A DNA stretch of 64,000 nucleotides from Fidelibacterota bacterium UBA2242 (GTDB lineage: Bacteria; Fidelibacterota; UBA2242): assembly GCA_002347855.1 (NCBI GenBank), contig DDYE01000017.1, forward strand, positions 271,685-335,684, in the 5' to 3' direction. The stretch's first letter is position 1, and each line of letters starts with the position of its first letter. The translations under genes and the position numbers were made by a program. Positions 40,249-50,229 of the stretch are shown here, one piece after another. Under the pieces are notes generated by a model. That model was not told the origin of the DNA. It made no database searches and saw nothing but the letters and a program-made list of their open reading frames with translations.

Positions 40249-41351
40249 ACGACGCAATACAGAATCTACGAGTGTTATTAGTCGGAGGATATCCACCGCC
40301 CTATGGGGGTGTAACTGTGCATATTCAACGTCTGCAGCATTATTTGAATAGAGCTGGCGCTAATTGCCTCGTGCTAAATCAGTTCCGTAGTGAGGGGCAA
40401 CCATCTGGGAATATAATTAATCTTTCTGGTGGGAGGTTGGCGCAGTATTTTAAGATGCGGGCTTTGTTAACCAGGACGGACGCTCAAATTATCCATTTTC
40501 ACTTTTCTAAATTGGGTAATTTCTTAATCGGGGGGAGGCATTTAATTAAAGCGGCTGGTAAGGCTATATGTGTGGCAACCTGTCATTCAGGGCAATTAGC
40601 GGTAGAGTTTGCCCACCGCCATAAATTTTATCGGTTGGCAGCAATTGATCTTATTCGGGCATTTGATCACCTGATTGCCGTGAACCCTCAGCAGGTGGAA
40701 TTTTATACTAAAGTTATTGGGATTGAAGCGATACGCGTCAGTCTAATACCAACCTTCATTCTGCCAGAAAGTAGTCAGATTGAATTGCCTCAAGCGATGC
40801 TTAATAAGGTTACTGCCCTACGAAAATGTTGCCGTTGGATTTTGATGGTCAGCGGTTATTTATTGCCATATTATGGTTTTGATTTGTTTCTGGAGGCAGT
40901 TGCTAATTTAGAACGACTCTATCATGCCAAATTTGGGCTGATTTTTATATTTTATACTAAGGCTGATGAGAATTATCGCCAATTATTATTAGCAAAAATT
41001 GAAAAACATGGTTGTAGTCTAGTCTACGAGAATATTAAGCCAAATGACTTTCTGGGGTTATTACAGCAGAGCGATCTTTTTGTGCGTCCTACTCTGGCGG
41101 ATTCTTTCGGCGTATCAGTCGCGGAGGCTTTATATCTGGGAACACCAGTGGTAGCCAGCGATGTCTGTGCGCGACAAGAAGGGGCGGTGCTTTTCAGAAG
41201 TGGTGATGTGCAGGATTTAGTAGCCAAAATTCGGGCGGTAATTGAAAATTATGCAAATATCAAAGCCACACTTACCGAAATTAATCTTCCAAATAACGCT
41301 GAGCAATTGCTGGCTTTATACTACGAGCTTATTAAACAGGGGGAAAAATGA
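40245..41351 (+). CDS. Glycosyltransferase family 4 (GT-B)
   Basis: LLVGGYPPPYGGVTVH N-terminus; C-terminal ...RPTLADSFGVSVAEALYLGTPVVASD (EX7E-like) motif. Confidence 0.7.
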   Translation: MNDAIQNLRVLLVGGYPPPYGGVTVHIQRLQHYLNRAGANCLVLNQFRSEGQPSGNIINLSGGRLAQYFKMRALLTRTDAQIIHFHFSKLGNFLIGGRHLIKAAGKAICVATCHSGQLAVEFAHRHKFYRLAAIDLIRAFDHLIAVNPQQVEFYTKVIGIEAIRVSLIPTFILPESSQIELPQAMLNKVTALRKCCRWILMVSGYLLPYYGFDLFLEAVANLERLYHAKFGLIFIFYTKADENYRQLLLAKIEKHGCSLVYENIKPNDFLGLLQQSDLFVRPTLADSFGVSVAEALYLGTPVVASDVCARQEGAVLFRSGDVQDLVAKIRAVIENYANIKATLTEINLPNNAEQLLALYYELIKQGEK

Positions 41352-43474
41352 AGCAGATTGTGCAACATTTAAAAAATGGAAGCATAGAGCTTGCGGAAGT
41401 ACCACGACCAATAGTTACCCGTGGTAAAGTATTAATCAAGACGCAGCTTAGTCTAATTTCGGTCGGAACTGAAAGGATGTTAGTCGAATTTGGTCGCTCA
41501 GGTTGGCTTGCTAAAGCCCAACAGCAACCAGATAAGGTACGTCAGGTTTTAGATAAAATTAAAACTGATGGTCTCATTGCGACGATTGAGGCTGTTACTG
41601 CCAAATTAGATGAACCAATGCCTTTAGGCTATTGTAATGTCGGGGAAATTGTGGAGATTGGCGAAGGTGTGACAGATTTACAAATTGGTGATCGTGTCGT
41701 TTCAAATGGTCCCCACGCCGAATTTGTAACTGTTTCTCAAAACTTGTGTGTTCGTATTCCAGACAGCGTGCCCGATGAAACGGCTGTTTTTACTGTCCTT
41801 GGTTCAATTGGTTTACAGGGGATTCGACTGGCTCAACCTAGTCTCGGAGAAACATTTGTCGTGACAGGTTTAGGTTTGATTGGTCTTCTGTCGGTTCAAA
41901 TCCTCCTGGCTAATGGTTGTAAAGTTATAGGTATTGATGTAAATCCCCAGCGAGTGGCTTTAGCGCGCCGCTTTGGAGCATACGCAATCAATGTCAGTAA
42001 AGAAGATCCTGTCGCAATCTGTGCTGCTTTGACGAATGGTAAAGGGGTGGACGGCGTACTGATTACGGCAGCCACTAAAAGTAACGAGCCGATTCACCAG
42101 GCTGCTCAAATGGCTCGTAAGCGTGGCAGAATTGTATTGGTTGGTGTAACAGGATTGGAACTCAATCGGGCAGATTTTTATGAAAAGGAACTAAGTTTTC
42201 AGGTTTCTTGTTCCTATGGTCCGGGCAGATATGATGAAAATTATGAGCAAAAGGGACAGGACTATCCTGTCGGTTATGTGCGCTGGACTGAAAGGCGCAA
42301 TTTTGAAGCAATTTTGGATTTAATGGCAACTAATAAATTAGATGTTCAACCGCTTATAAGCCATGTTTATCCATTTCAGCAAGCAGGCGAGGCTTACGAT
42401 ACCATAATGCAAAAGAGAGATGCGCTCGGTGTGATATTAGAGTACAAACCAAAAGTTCAAGATGAATCTGTGCGCATCGAGGTTAAGTCGGCAATATTAA
42501 AGACTGCTGCTCCCGCGGTCAATGTTGGCGTAATTGGAGTTGGTAACTACGCCAAACTTATGTTGCTACCGGCTCTTAAAGAAACAGGTGTAAATTTGAG
42601 CAGTGTGGCTGATATTGTGCCATTAGACGCAAGTTATGCCGCTCGTAAATTTGCTTTTCAGACTGCTACCAGTGATTATCATACTATTTTAGCTGATGAA
42701 GACATCAACACGGTATTTATTACCACCCGCCACGATTTACATGCCCGCTTAGTTTGTGAATTTCTTACTGCGGGTAAGAATGTTTTTGTCGAGAAGCCGC
42801 TGGCGTTGAATAAAGAGGAGTTAAGAAAAGTCGAAGAAATCTATCTGAAAGCCGATAGCCGCTTGATGGTCGGATATAATCGGCGCTTTGCTCCCCAGGT
42901 CATCAGAATGAAAGAATTGCTGATAGACAGAAGCGAACCTATTTGTATCAATATTCTGGTTAATGCGGGATACATACCGCCTGAACATTGGGTTCATGAT
43001 CCCCTGGTTGGTGGCGGACGAATCATTGGTGAGGGGTGCCATTTTGTGGACTTGATTGCTTTTTTATGTTGTAGTAAGGTGGTACAGGTTAGCGCTATTG
43101 GAGTTAGAGGCGATTATTTGCGTGACAAGGTCAGTATTAACCTGCGACTCGCTGATGGCTCAATCGGAACTATTCAATACTTAGCCAATGGCAATAAACA
43201 ATATCCTAAGGAAACAGTACAAGTTTTCAGTTCAGGACGAATCCTGGAACTCGTGAATTTTCGCAAATTAGTTGGTTATGGCTGGAAAGGTTTTCGAAAA
43301 TTTAATTTATGGAAACAAGATAAAGGGCATAAGGCAGAAATCAAAGCCTTTATCACGGCGATTTGCACTGGACAAGTTGCACCAATATCGTTCGAGGAAA
43401 TGAAAAACACAAGCGAAGCAACTTTTGCTATCATGGAAGCCCTGGAATCAAAACAGACCGTCGAAATAAAATGA
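41348..43474 (+). CDS. Bi-domain oxidoreductase: N-terminal zinc-type alcohol dehydrogenase (MDR) fused to C-terminal Gfo/Idh/MocA NAD(P)-oxidoreductase
   Basis: N-terminal half has MDR-like GVTDLQIGDRVVSNGPHAEFV and VTGLGLIGLLSVQIL; C-terminal half has VGVIGVGNYAKLMLLPAL and VFVEKPLALN Gfo/Idh/MocA motifs. Confidence 0.75.
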   Translation: MKQIVQHLKNGSIELAEVPRPIVTRGKVLIKTQLSLISVGTERMLVEFGRSGWLAKAQQQPDKVRQVLDKIKTDGLIATIEAVTAKLDEPMPLGYCNVGEIVEIGEGVTDLQIGDRVVSNGPHAEFVTVSQNLCVRIPDSVPDETAVFTVLGSIGLQGIRLAQPSLGETFVVTGLGLIGLLSVQILLANGCKVIGIDVNPQRVALARRFGAYAINVSKEDPVAICAALTNGKGVDGVLITAATKSNEPIHQAAQMARKRGRIVLVGVTGLELNRADFYEKELSFQVSCSYGPGRYDENYEQKGQDYPVGYVRWTERRNFEAILDLMATNKLDVQPLISHVYPFQQAGEAYDTIMQKRDALGVILEYKPKVQDESVRIEVKSAILKTAAPAVNVGVIGVGNYAKLMLLPALKETGVNLSSVADIVPLDASYAARKFAFQTATSDYHTILADEDINTVFITTRHDLHARLVCEFLTAGKNVFVEKPLALNKEELRKVEEIYLKADSRLMVGYNRRFAPQVIRMKELLIDRSEPICINILVNAGYIPPEHWVHDPLVGGGRIIGEGCHFVDLIAFLCCSKVVQVSAIGVRGDYLRDKVSINLRLADGSIGTIQYLANGNKQYPKETVQVFSSGRILELVNFRKLVGYGWKGFRKFNLWKQDKGHKAEIKAFITAICTGQVAPISFEEMKNTSEATFAIMEALESKQTVEIK

Positions 43475-45477
43475 ATCTTAGCCTTCCATTTTATCTTCTC
43501 AAAGAGATGGGACCGAGATGGGTTTTCTATCGTGGTCTGTACTGGCTTTACCAGCGTACTAGGCTCCAGCAATTATTTTTTCCTGCACGCCAAATTAATT
43601 TTCAGCAGTACTCAAAACTACCGCTTGATTTTTCGAAGGAAGAGATAAAGTCATGTTTAAATTTCTGGCTTGGCAAGGTGGATGAACACGCTAATCTCAG
43701 GAGTTTTTATAACGATTATCCTGAAATTCAATCTCAAATTAAAAATCGCTATACTGCCCTGAAAGCCGGCCGCTTCACCTTTTTTTCAAAGTTAGAATTT
43801 GATTTGGGATTGCCACCGAATTGGTTTTTAAGCCCACAGACCTCCAAAACCAGTCAGGCGAATTGCCACTGGACAAAAATTCGTGACTTCGATGCAAGCC
43901 TTGGTGATATTAAATTCGTCTGGGAATTATCACGTTTTGCCTGGGTTTATGATCTTGTGCGATACTATGTATTGACGGAGGATGAAGAAGCAGTAGAACT
44001 GTTCTGGTACTTATTTGAAGATTGGATTACAAAGAATTTTCCGGAAAAAGGACCGCATTGGAAATGTGGTCAGGAAATTGCCATGCGCTCTTTAGCGGTT
44101 CTATTCGTACTCCAGCATACCTTTTATGCTAAAGCAACTACCCCGACAAGAATACGTCTGGCTGGGGGCTTCTTACGGTATAATGCCCAACATATTAAGC
44201 GCAACTTTTGGTATGCTAATCGCTCAATTAAAAATAATCATACGATTAGTGAAGCTGCCGGTTTATATCTCATCGGTAATTTCCTAAAGTATCTGAAGGA
44301 ATCTGCTCAATGGAGAAAAATCGGCAAGCGTACTTTAGAACGGGAAATTCAGCGTCAGGTTTATATTGACGGAACTTATTTGCAGCATTCGTTTAATTAC
44401 GAGCGTTTAGTTGTCCAGTGGCTATGTGTGTGTCTTACCGCAAATAAATGGGGTGCAGATGAATTTTCAAGAGAAATTACCCAACGGCTAAGAAGCATGG
44501 CCGAAACGCTTTATCAACTCCAGGATGAGCATAGTGGGCAACTGCCCAATTATGGTGCAAATGATGGAACGCTTTTGCAGCCGCTAACATCCTGCGACTA
44601 TTTAGATTACCGACCACAGCTGCAAGCTGCCTACTTTTTGACCACGCGACGCCGTCTATATGTACCGGGCATCTGGGACGAATTATTAATCTGGTTGCAG
44701 GGAGTGGTTCCGGAAGAAACTGCCCGTGATAAAATTCAGCGCATCACCTCTGCTTTTGAAATTGGAGGCTACTATATTCTACGATTAACTGAAGATGAAC
44801 CTCATTTTATGTTGCGGTGTGCTAATTATCATCACCGCCCTGGGCATGCTGACATGCTTCACCTGGATTTTTGGTACGGCGGAGTAAATGTCCTCACTGA
44901 CTCTGGTACCTTTTCTTACTTTCCAGCGGATGAGGCAAAAATGGGCTTTGTCGAGACTAAAGCCCATAACACCGTCTGGGTCGATGGACGCAGTCAGATG
45001 GATCACTGGGGTGCGTTTCTTTGGACAAAATGGACTAAATCCAAACTGGTGCGTTTTGTCAAAGAAACAGAGCAAATCAAATGGGAAGGCGAGGTTTATG
45101 ACCATCAAGGAATAATCCACAATCGCAGCCTAATTCTGCGAAATGGTTTATGTATTGTCCGTGATCGAATCGTCGGCAATTTTAATTTTGCTGAGATTAA
45201 TTGGAACGTTAATGCTCTCATTTTATCCCAAAATGATTATTGGCAAATTCAGATTGGCGATAGGTCGCTTTACATTCTTACTAATTATCAGTTAGAAGCC
45301 ATCCCAGGTGAAATTTCCCGCTATTATGGTCATCTGGAAAAAATCACTCGTTTGCATAGTAGACAAAAATCAAACCAAGAGAAGGTAATTTGGGTAACAT
45401 TATTAGCGTGGAGTAATGCGGAATCACCCTTAGAAATTGATAAATTAAGACGACAATATTTATTTCGTGAAAATTGA
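43471..45477 (+). CDS. Heparinase II/III-like protein (alginate-lyase/heparinase fold; possible polysaccharide-modifying enzyme)
   Basis: About 668 aa starting MNLSLPFYLLKEMG (the tool ORF starts upstream at 43363). Central YANRSIKNNHTISEAAGLY...GTYLQHSFNYERLVVQW resembles the heparinase II/III alpha-toroid region. Confidence 0.6.
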   Translation: MNLSLPFYLLKEMGPRWVFYRGLYWLYQRTRLQQLFFPARQINFQQYSKLPLDFSKEEIKSCLNFWLGKVDEHANLRSFYNDYPEIQSQIKNRYTALKAGRFTFFSKLEFDLGLPPNWFLSPQTSKTSQANCHWTKIRDFDASLGDIKFVWELSRFAWVYDLVRYYVLTEDEEAVELFWYLFEDWITKNFPEKGPHWKCGQEIAMRSLAVLFVLQHTFYAKATTPTRIRLAGGFLRYNAQHIKRNFWYANRSIKNNHTISEAAGLYLIGNFLKYLKESAQWRKIGKRTLEREIQRQVYIDGTYLQHSFNYERLVVQWLCVCLTANKWGADEFSREITQRLRSMAETLYQLQDEHSGQLPNYGANDGTLLQPLTSCDYLDYRPQLQAAYFLTTRRRLYVPGIWDELLIWLQGVVPEETARDKIQRITSAFEIGGYYILRLTEDEPHFMLRCANYHHRPGHADMLHLDFWYGGVNVLTDSGTFSYFPADEAKMGFVETKAHNTVWVDGRSQMDHWGAFLWTKWTKSKLVRFVKETEQIKWEGEVYDHQGIIHNRSLILRNGLCIVRDRIVGNFNFAEINWNVNALILSQNDYWQIQIGDRSLYILTNYQLEAIPGEISRYYGHLEKITRLHSRQKSNQEKVIWVTLLAWSNAESPLEIDKLRRQYLFREN

Positions 45478-46709
45478 TTATGCGTGTTCTTTATATCCAC
45501 CAATATTTTAATACTCATCGTGAAGCCGGTGGGTCGCGCTCATATTCCTTAGCCAGAGCCCTCATAGCAAAAGGACATCAGGTTGTGATGTTAACTTCGA
45601 ATCGCAATAATCCTGACCTACCAGCGGTCTACTCCTGTCAGATTGATGGGATTGAAGTCGTATATGTTAAGAATCGCTATTCGAACAAGATGGGTTTTCT
45701 GCGGCGGATTTTATCCTTCTTACATTTTATGTTCATGTCTATTTTGGTGGCCTCACGAGTGCGCAATATTGATCTGGTTTTTGCTACTTCGACGCCCTTA
45801 ACAGTCGGTATACCAGGGATAATTTTTAAAAGGCTTTATAAGGTTCCTTTTGTCTTTGAAGTTCGTGATTTATGGCCTGAGTTAGCAATTGCCATGGGAA
45901 TAATTAAAAATCGAATAGTTATTAATGTAACCAGCTGGTTGGAAGCAAAAATTTATCAGGAATCTGACCATATTATCAGTTTAGCGCCGGGAATCACCAA
46001 GGGCATAATTGCTAAAAGCGTTCCGGCAGAAAAGGTGACTATGATTTCCAACGGCTGCGACCTGAATTTATTTAGAGCAGAGGTACACTCACAACCATCT
46101 AACTGGCAATTTCAGGAAGAAGATTTAGTTCTGGTTTATGCTGGCACTCATGGATTGGCGAATGGTTTACAATGGGTGATAGAGGTAGCCAAAGAAGCCA
46201 AACTGCGTCGCCAAATACGCATAAAATTTGTTTTGATTGGTGATGGTATGACTAAGCCTGATCTGATTAGACAAAAAGAGCAATTTGAATTAGACAATGT
46301 ATTTTTTCTCGATCCAATGCCTAAGCAACAATTAGTCGATTATTTAGCAGCAGCAGATATGGGTATGCAATTATTGGCAAATGTGCCTTCTTTTTATTAT
46401 GGTACATCACCCAATAAATTTTTTGATTATCTGGCGGCAGGAAAACCGGTTTTAAATAATTATCCCGGTTGGGTGGCAGACTTAATTCGTCAATGGCAAT
46501 GTGGGATTGTTGTCAGATCTGATGACTATGATGATTTTTTCAGGCAAATTGAGCCGTTAATTACTAATCGCCAATTATTGAAAGCGATGGGGGAGAGAGC
46601 GCGGAATTTGGCTTCTGCTCATTTTAGACGAGATGAGCTTGCTACGCGTTTTGTCCAGACTCTGGAGTGTACTTGTCGTGAATATCAGGAGAGGAGGACA
46701 GCTATTTAA
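45474..46709 (+). CDS. Glycosyltransferase family 4 (WbuB/WcaI-like)
   Basis: MRVLYIHQYFNTHREAGGSRSYSLARALIAKGHQVVMLTS N-terminus, characteristic of GT4 WbuB-type enzymes. Confidence 0.75.
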   Translation: MIMRVLYIHQYFNTHREAGGSRSYSLARALIAKGHQVVMLTSNRNNPDLPAVYSCQIDGIEVVYVKNRYSNKMGFLRRILSFLHFMFMSILVASRVRNIDLVFATSTPLTVGIPGIIFKRLYKVPFVFEVRDLWPELAIAMGIIKNRIVINVTSWLEAKIYQESDHIISLAPGITKGIIAKSVPAEKVTMISNGCDLNLFRAEVHSQPSNWQFQEEDLVLVYAGTHGLANGLQWVIEVAKEAKLRRQIRIKFVLIGDGMTKPDLIRQKEQFELDNVFFLDPMPKQQLVDYLAAADMGMQLLANVPSFYYGTSPNKFFDYLAAGKPVLNNYPGWVADLIRQWQCGIVVRSDDYDDFFRQIEPLITNRQLLKAMGERARNLASAHFRRDELATRFVQTLECTCREYQERRTAI

Positions 46710-47374
46710 TGGCTTCCTTAAAAGACATTGTTATTGTTGGGGCTGGGGGACATGCCAAAGAAATTGCTTATTTAATCGAAGCGATCAATCTTGAAAAACC
46801 GACCTGGAATCTTTTAGGAATGATAGAACGGGATGCGCAGAACATCGGGAAACCATGCGGTAAATATAGTGTTATTGGCGATGACACCTTTTTCCAAAAG
46901 CGTTATGCTAACCTTAATGTAGTAGTCGCAATTGGGCAACCGCAGCGAGTCAAACAAATTTATACCAGTTTGCAGAATGAATATCCGGAATTGCTCTTCC
47001 CGAATTTAATATTTCCTACCGTCCAGCCTGGTTTGCGAGAGGTAGCGATGGGAATTGGTAACATCATTTGCGAAGGAAACATTTTTACGACGGATATTCA
47101 ACTTGGCTCATTTAATTGTCTTAATCGCGGGAATAATATCAGTCATGATGTTAAAATTGGGGATTTTGTGACGATAAATCCAGGAGTTAACATTTCCGGT
47201 GGGGTAGTAATTGAGTCGGAATGCCTGATTGGTACGGGCGCAACGATTTTGCAATATTTAACAATTGGGAGAGGAGCGGTCGTCGGTGCAGGGGCAGTCG
47301 TTACGAAAAATGTTTCCCCATCTACGACTGTAATTGGAGTTCCTGCTCAACCATTAAAGAGAAAAATTGTTTAA
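46709..47374 (+). CDS. Sugar N-/O-acetyltransferase, NeuD/PglD/WbpD hexapeptide-repeat family
   Basis: N-terminal Rossmann-like IVIVGAGGHAKEI, C-terminal left-handed beta-helix hexapeptide repeats. Confidence 0.75.
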   Translation: MASLKDIVIVGAGGHAKEIAYLIEAINLEKPTWNLLGMIERDAQNIGKPCGKYSVIGDDTFFQKRYANLNVVVAIGQPQRVKQIYTSLQNEYPELLFPNLIFPTVQPGLREVAMGIGNIICEGNIFTTDIQLGSFNCLNRGNNISHDVKIGDFVTINPGVNISGGVVIESECLIGTGATILQYLTIGRGAVVGAGAVVTKNVSPSTTVIGVPAQPLKRKIV

Positions 47375-48364
47375 ATGGAGGTAGTATTGCGAGTCTTAAT
47401 TACGGGAGGTGCTGGGTATATAGGTTCAGTTTTGACCCGGCAACTTTTAGAAAAAGGATATCAAGTCCGTGTCTTGGATTGTCTGAATTATGGAGGCGAG
47501 TCAATCCTCGGTGTTTTAAGCAATCCGAATTTTGAGTTTTTACGGGGAGATATTCGCAGAAAAGCTGATGTCGCAGAAGCACTTCAGGATGTTGATGCGG
47601 TAGTGCATTTAGCGGCTATTGTGGGCGATCCGGCTTGTGCCAAACAACCACAATTAGCGCGTGAGACTAATCTTAATGCCTCACTGATGTTATATGAACT
47701 TTGCCAGAATCAATCAAGCGTGAAGCGTTTCGTTTTTGCATCCACTTGCAGTAATTATGGCAAGATGGAGGGTAGCGATTATATTGATGAGACAGCGCCG
47801 CTTAAACCGATTTCGCTTTATGCCGAATTGAAAGTAGCTTTTGAGCAGCATCTACTGAGTTCAAAAACTCGTGGCGATTTTATCCCGACCGCCTTGCGGT
47901 TTGCTACCGTTTACGGGATTTCGCCAAGGATGCGCTTTGACTTGACCGTGAATGAATTCACACGCGATGCCGCTCTGGGACGCGAGTTGGTGATTTACGG
48001 TGAGCAATTCTGGCGTCCTTATTGTCATGTAGAAGACCTGGCACGGGCGTGTGCTTTAATTCTGGAATCTCCTTGCGATAAAGTAGATCATGAGGTTTTT
48101 GGTGTCGGTGATAAATCGGAAAATTATCAGAAAAAGATGCTTGCCGAAGAAATTAAACGCATTTTACCGGAAACAAAAGTCAAGTATGTCCACAAAGATG
48201 AAGATCCGCGTGATTATCGAGTAGACTTTACCAAAATAAAAAAGCAATTAGGATTCTCAATAACCAAAACCGTTCCACAGGGAATTCGCGAAATTGTCTT
48301 TGTTATTCAGAATGGTATTTTGCACGATCCCTTCAATAAAATTTATTCAAATATCTCGGAGTAA
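47375..48364 (+). CDS. NAD-dependent nucleotide-sugar epimerase/dehydratase (extended SDR)
   Basis: VLITGGAGYIGSVL; YAELK catalytic YxxxK. Confidence 0.75.
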   Translation: MEVVLRVLITGGAGYIGSVLTRQLLEKGYQVRVLDCLNYGGESILGVLSNPNFEFLRGDIRRKADVAEALQDVDAVVHLAAIVGDPACAKQPQLARETNLNASLMLYELCQNQSSVKRFVFASTCSNYGKMEGSDYIDETAPLKPISLYAELKVAFEQHLLSSKTRGDFIPTALRFATVYGISPRMRFDLTVNEFTRDAALGRELVIYGEQFWRPYCHVEDLARACALILESPCDKVDHEVFGVGDKSENYQKKMLAEEIKRILPETKVKYVHKDEDPRDYRVDFTKIKKQLGFSITKTVPQGIREIVFVIQNGILHDPFNKIYSNISE

Positions 48365-48366
48365 GT

Positions 48367-49527
48367 ATGATTCCACTTTCTGTCCCGCACATAGCTGGTA
48401 ACGAATGGCAGTATATCAAAGAATGCCTGGATACTGAATGGGTCTCTTCAGCCGGTAAATATGTCGATTTATTTGAACAACAGGTTGCTAAACTGGCCGG
48501 TTCCAAATTTGCGATCGCTTGCGTGAATGGCACTGCTGCTTTGCAAGTTGCTTTAGAAGTTGCCGGTCTAAAACCTGACGAAGAGGTAATAGTCCCAACT
48601 CTTACCTTCATCGCTTCCGTGAATGCAGTGCGTTATAACCGAGCTGAACCAATTTTTTTTGATTGCGATGACTATTACTGTCTTAATATTGATAAAATAA
48701 TCGAGTTCATTCGACAGGAAACTATTTTTAAACATGGTGCGAGTTTTAACCGTAAGACTGGTAAGCGGATAAGAGCCTTGGTAGCAGTCCACGTTTTTGG
48801 AAATGCGGTTAATCTGGAACCACTGTTGGAGCTTTGTCACGAGCGGGGCATCCTTGTAGTCGAAGATGCAGCTGAAAGTATTGGTACAGTTTATCGCGGG
48901 GGAAAGCTGGACGGCAAAGCCACTGGTGTCGTCGGTGACATTGGTTTTTATAGTTTCAATGGCAATAAAATTATCACGACTGGAGGCGGCGGGATGATTG
49001 TTACAAATAATTCCGAGTATGCCGAACGAGCCCGTTACCTGACGACTCAAGCCAAAGATGATGAGGTTCGCTATATTCACCATAACATTGGCTACAATTA
49101 TCGTTTGACCAATATCCAGGCGGCCTTAGGCGTTGCCCAACTCGAAAAATTAGGAGAGTATATCGAAAGAAAGCGCACGAATTATCAATATTTTAAACAG
49201 GCTATTGATCAAATTCCCGGTCTCCATCTGGCTGAAGTTCCACCCTATTGTGAACCCAATTATTGGTTCTATAATTTGCAAATTGATAAGGACATCTACG
49301 GGCGGGATAGAGAAGAATTATTGGCACTTTTTACCGCAGAAAAAATTCAGGTGCGACCAGTCTGGTATTTAAATCACTGGCAAAAGCCTTATGTAAAAAA
49401 TCAAACCTATAAAATCGAAAAAGCCATCCAACTATTCGAAAAAACTTTGAATATTCCCTGTTCCGTCAATTTAACCACAGAGCAACGCACTAAGGTTATT
49501 GAGGTGCTAAAAAATGGTCAACGCTAA
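48367..49527 (+). CDS. DegT/DnrJ/EryC1/StrS-family PLP-dependent sugar aminotransferase
   Basis: IPLSVPHIAGNEWQYIKECLDTEWVSS; YSFNGNKIITTGGGGMIV, the Lys-containing PLP region. Confidence 0.85.
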   Translation: MIPLSVPHIAGNEWQYIKECLDTEWVSSAGKYVDLFEQQVAKLAGSKFAIACVNGTAALQVALEVAGLKPDEEVIVPTLTFIASVNAVRYNRAEPIFFDCDDYYCLNIDKIIEFIRQETIFKHGASFNRKTGKRIRALVAVHVFGNAVNLEPLLELCHERGILVVEDAAESIGTVYRGGKLDGKATGVVGDIGFYSFNGNKIITTGGGGMIVTNNSEYAERARYLTTQAKDDEVRYIHHNIGYNYRLTNIQAALGVAQLEKLGEYIERKRTNYQYFKQAIDQIPGLHLAEVPPYCEPNYWFYNLQIDKDIYGRDREELLALFTAEKIQVRPVWYLNHWQKPYVKNQTYKIEKAIQLFEKTLNIPCSVNLTTEQRTKVIEVLKNGQR

Positions 49528-50206
49528 TCGTTATCTGCAACGGTTAATTAAATATTCCCTGGATAAACTATTATCTATACTGGGTTTATTAATCACCTCT
49601 CCAATCTTTGTTTTTGTTGCTCTCATTCTAAAACTAAAGGGGCAAGATGTTTTTTTTAAGCAAGCAAGAGTGGGAGAGGATGGCAAAGACTTTTGGGTTT
49701 TCAAGTTCACTACAATGCCCAAAGGTTCCGAAAAATTAGGTTTAATAACGACTAGCAACGACAGCAGACCATTTGCGTTTGGGAAATTTCTACGGAAGAC
49801 TAAAATCAATGAATTACCACAATTACTGAATGTTCTCAATGGCAGTATGAGTCTAGTCGGACCACGCCCACTGGTTCGTGAACAAATAGAAGAAGGACTG
49901 ACAGCTGCTGAGATTAAAGCCTTCTATCGGATGCGGCCTGGGATTACTGGCGCAGGCTCGCTCTATTTTCACCACGAAGACCGTTTATTAGCCAACGTTG
50001 CTGAACCGCATCGGTATTATCGAGAAGTGATTCTACCTCAAAAAAAATCCATCGAACAAGCCTACGCTGAGCATTGGAATCTCTGGCTTGATATAAAACT
50101 ATTGTGGTTGACGATATGGGTTGTAATTTTAGATTGGATTGGTAAAGAGGTGACCGATGTTCAATTGGATCTTTTTAAAGATATTAGGAAAGCAGATGAA
50201 AATTAG
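49514..50206 (+). CDS. Small monotopic phosphoglycosyl transferase (bacterial sugar transferase, PglC/WbaP C-domain-like)
   Basis: Re-entrant helix LLITSPIFVFVALILKL; FKFTTM, PRP in SLVGPRPLV, and DxxY..RPGITG motifs. Confidence 0.8.
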   Translation: MVNANRYLQRLIKYSLDKLLSILGLLITSPIFVFVALILKLKGQDVFFKQARVGEDGKDFWVFKFTTMPKGSEKLGLITTSNDSRPFAFGKFLRKTKINELPQLLNVLNGSMSLVGPRPLVREQIEEGLTAAEIKAFYRMRPGITGAGSLYFHHEDRLLANVAEPHRYYREVILPQKKSIEQAYAEHWNLWLDIKLLWLTIWVVILDWIGKEVTDVQLDLFKDIRKADEN

Positions 50207-50229
50207 CTATTTAGTATCTTAAGGTATAT

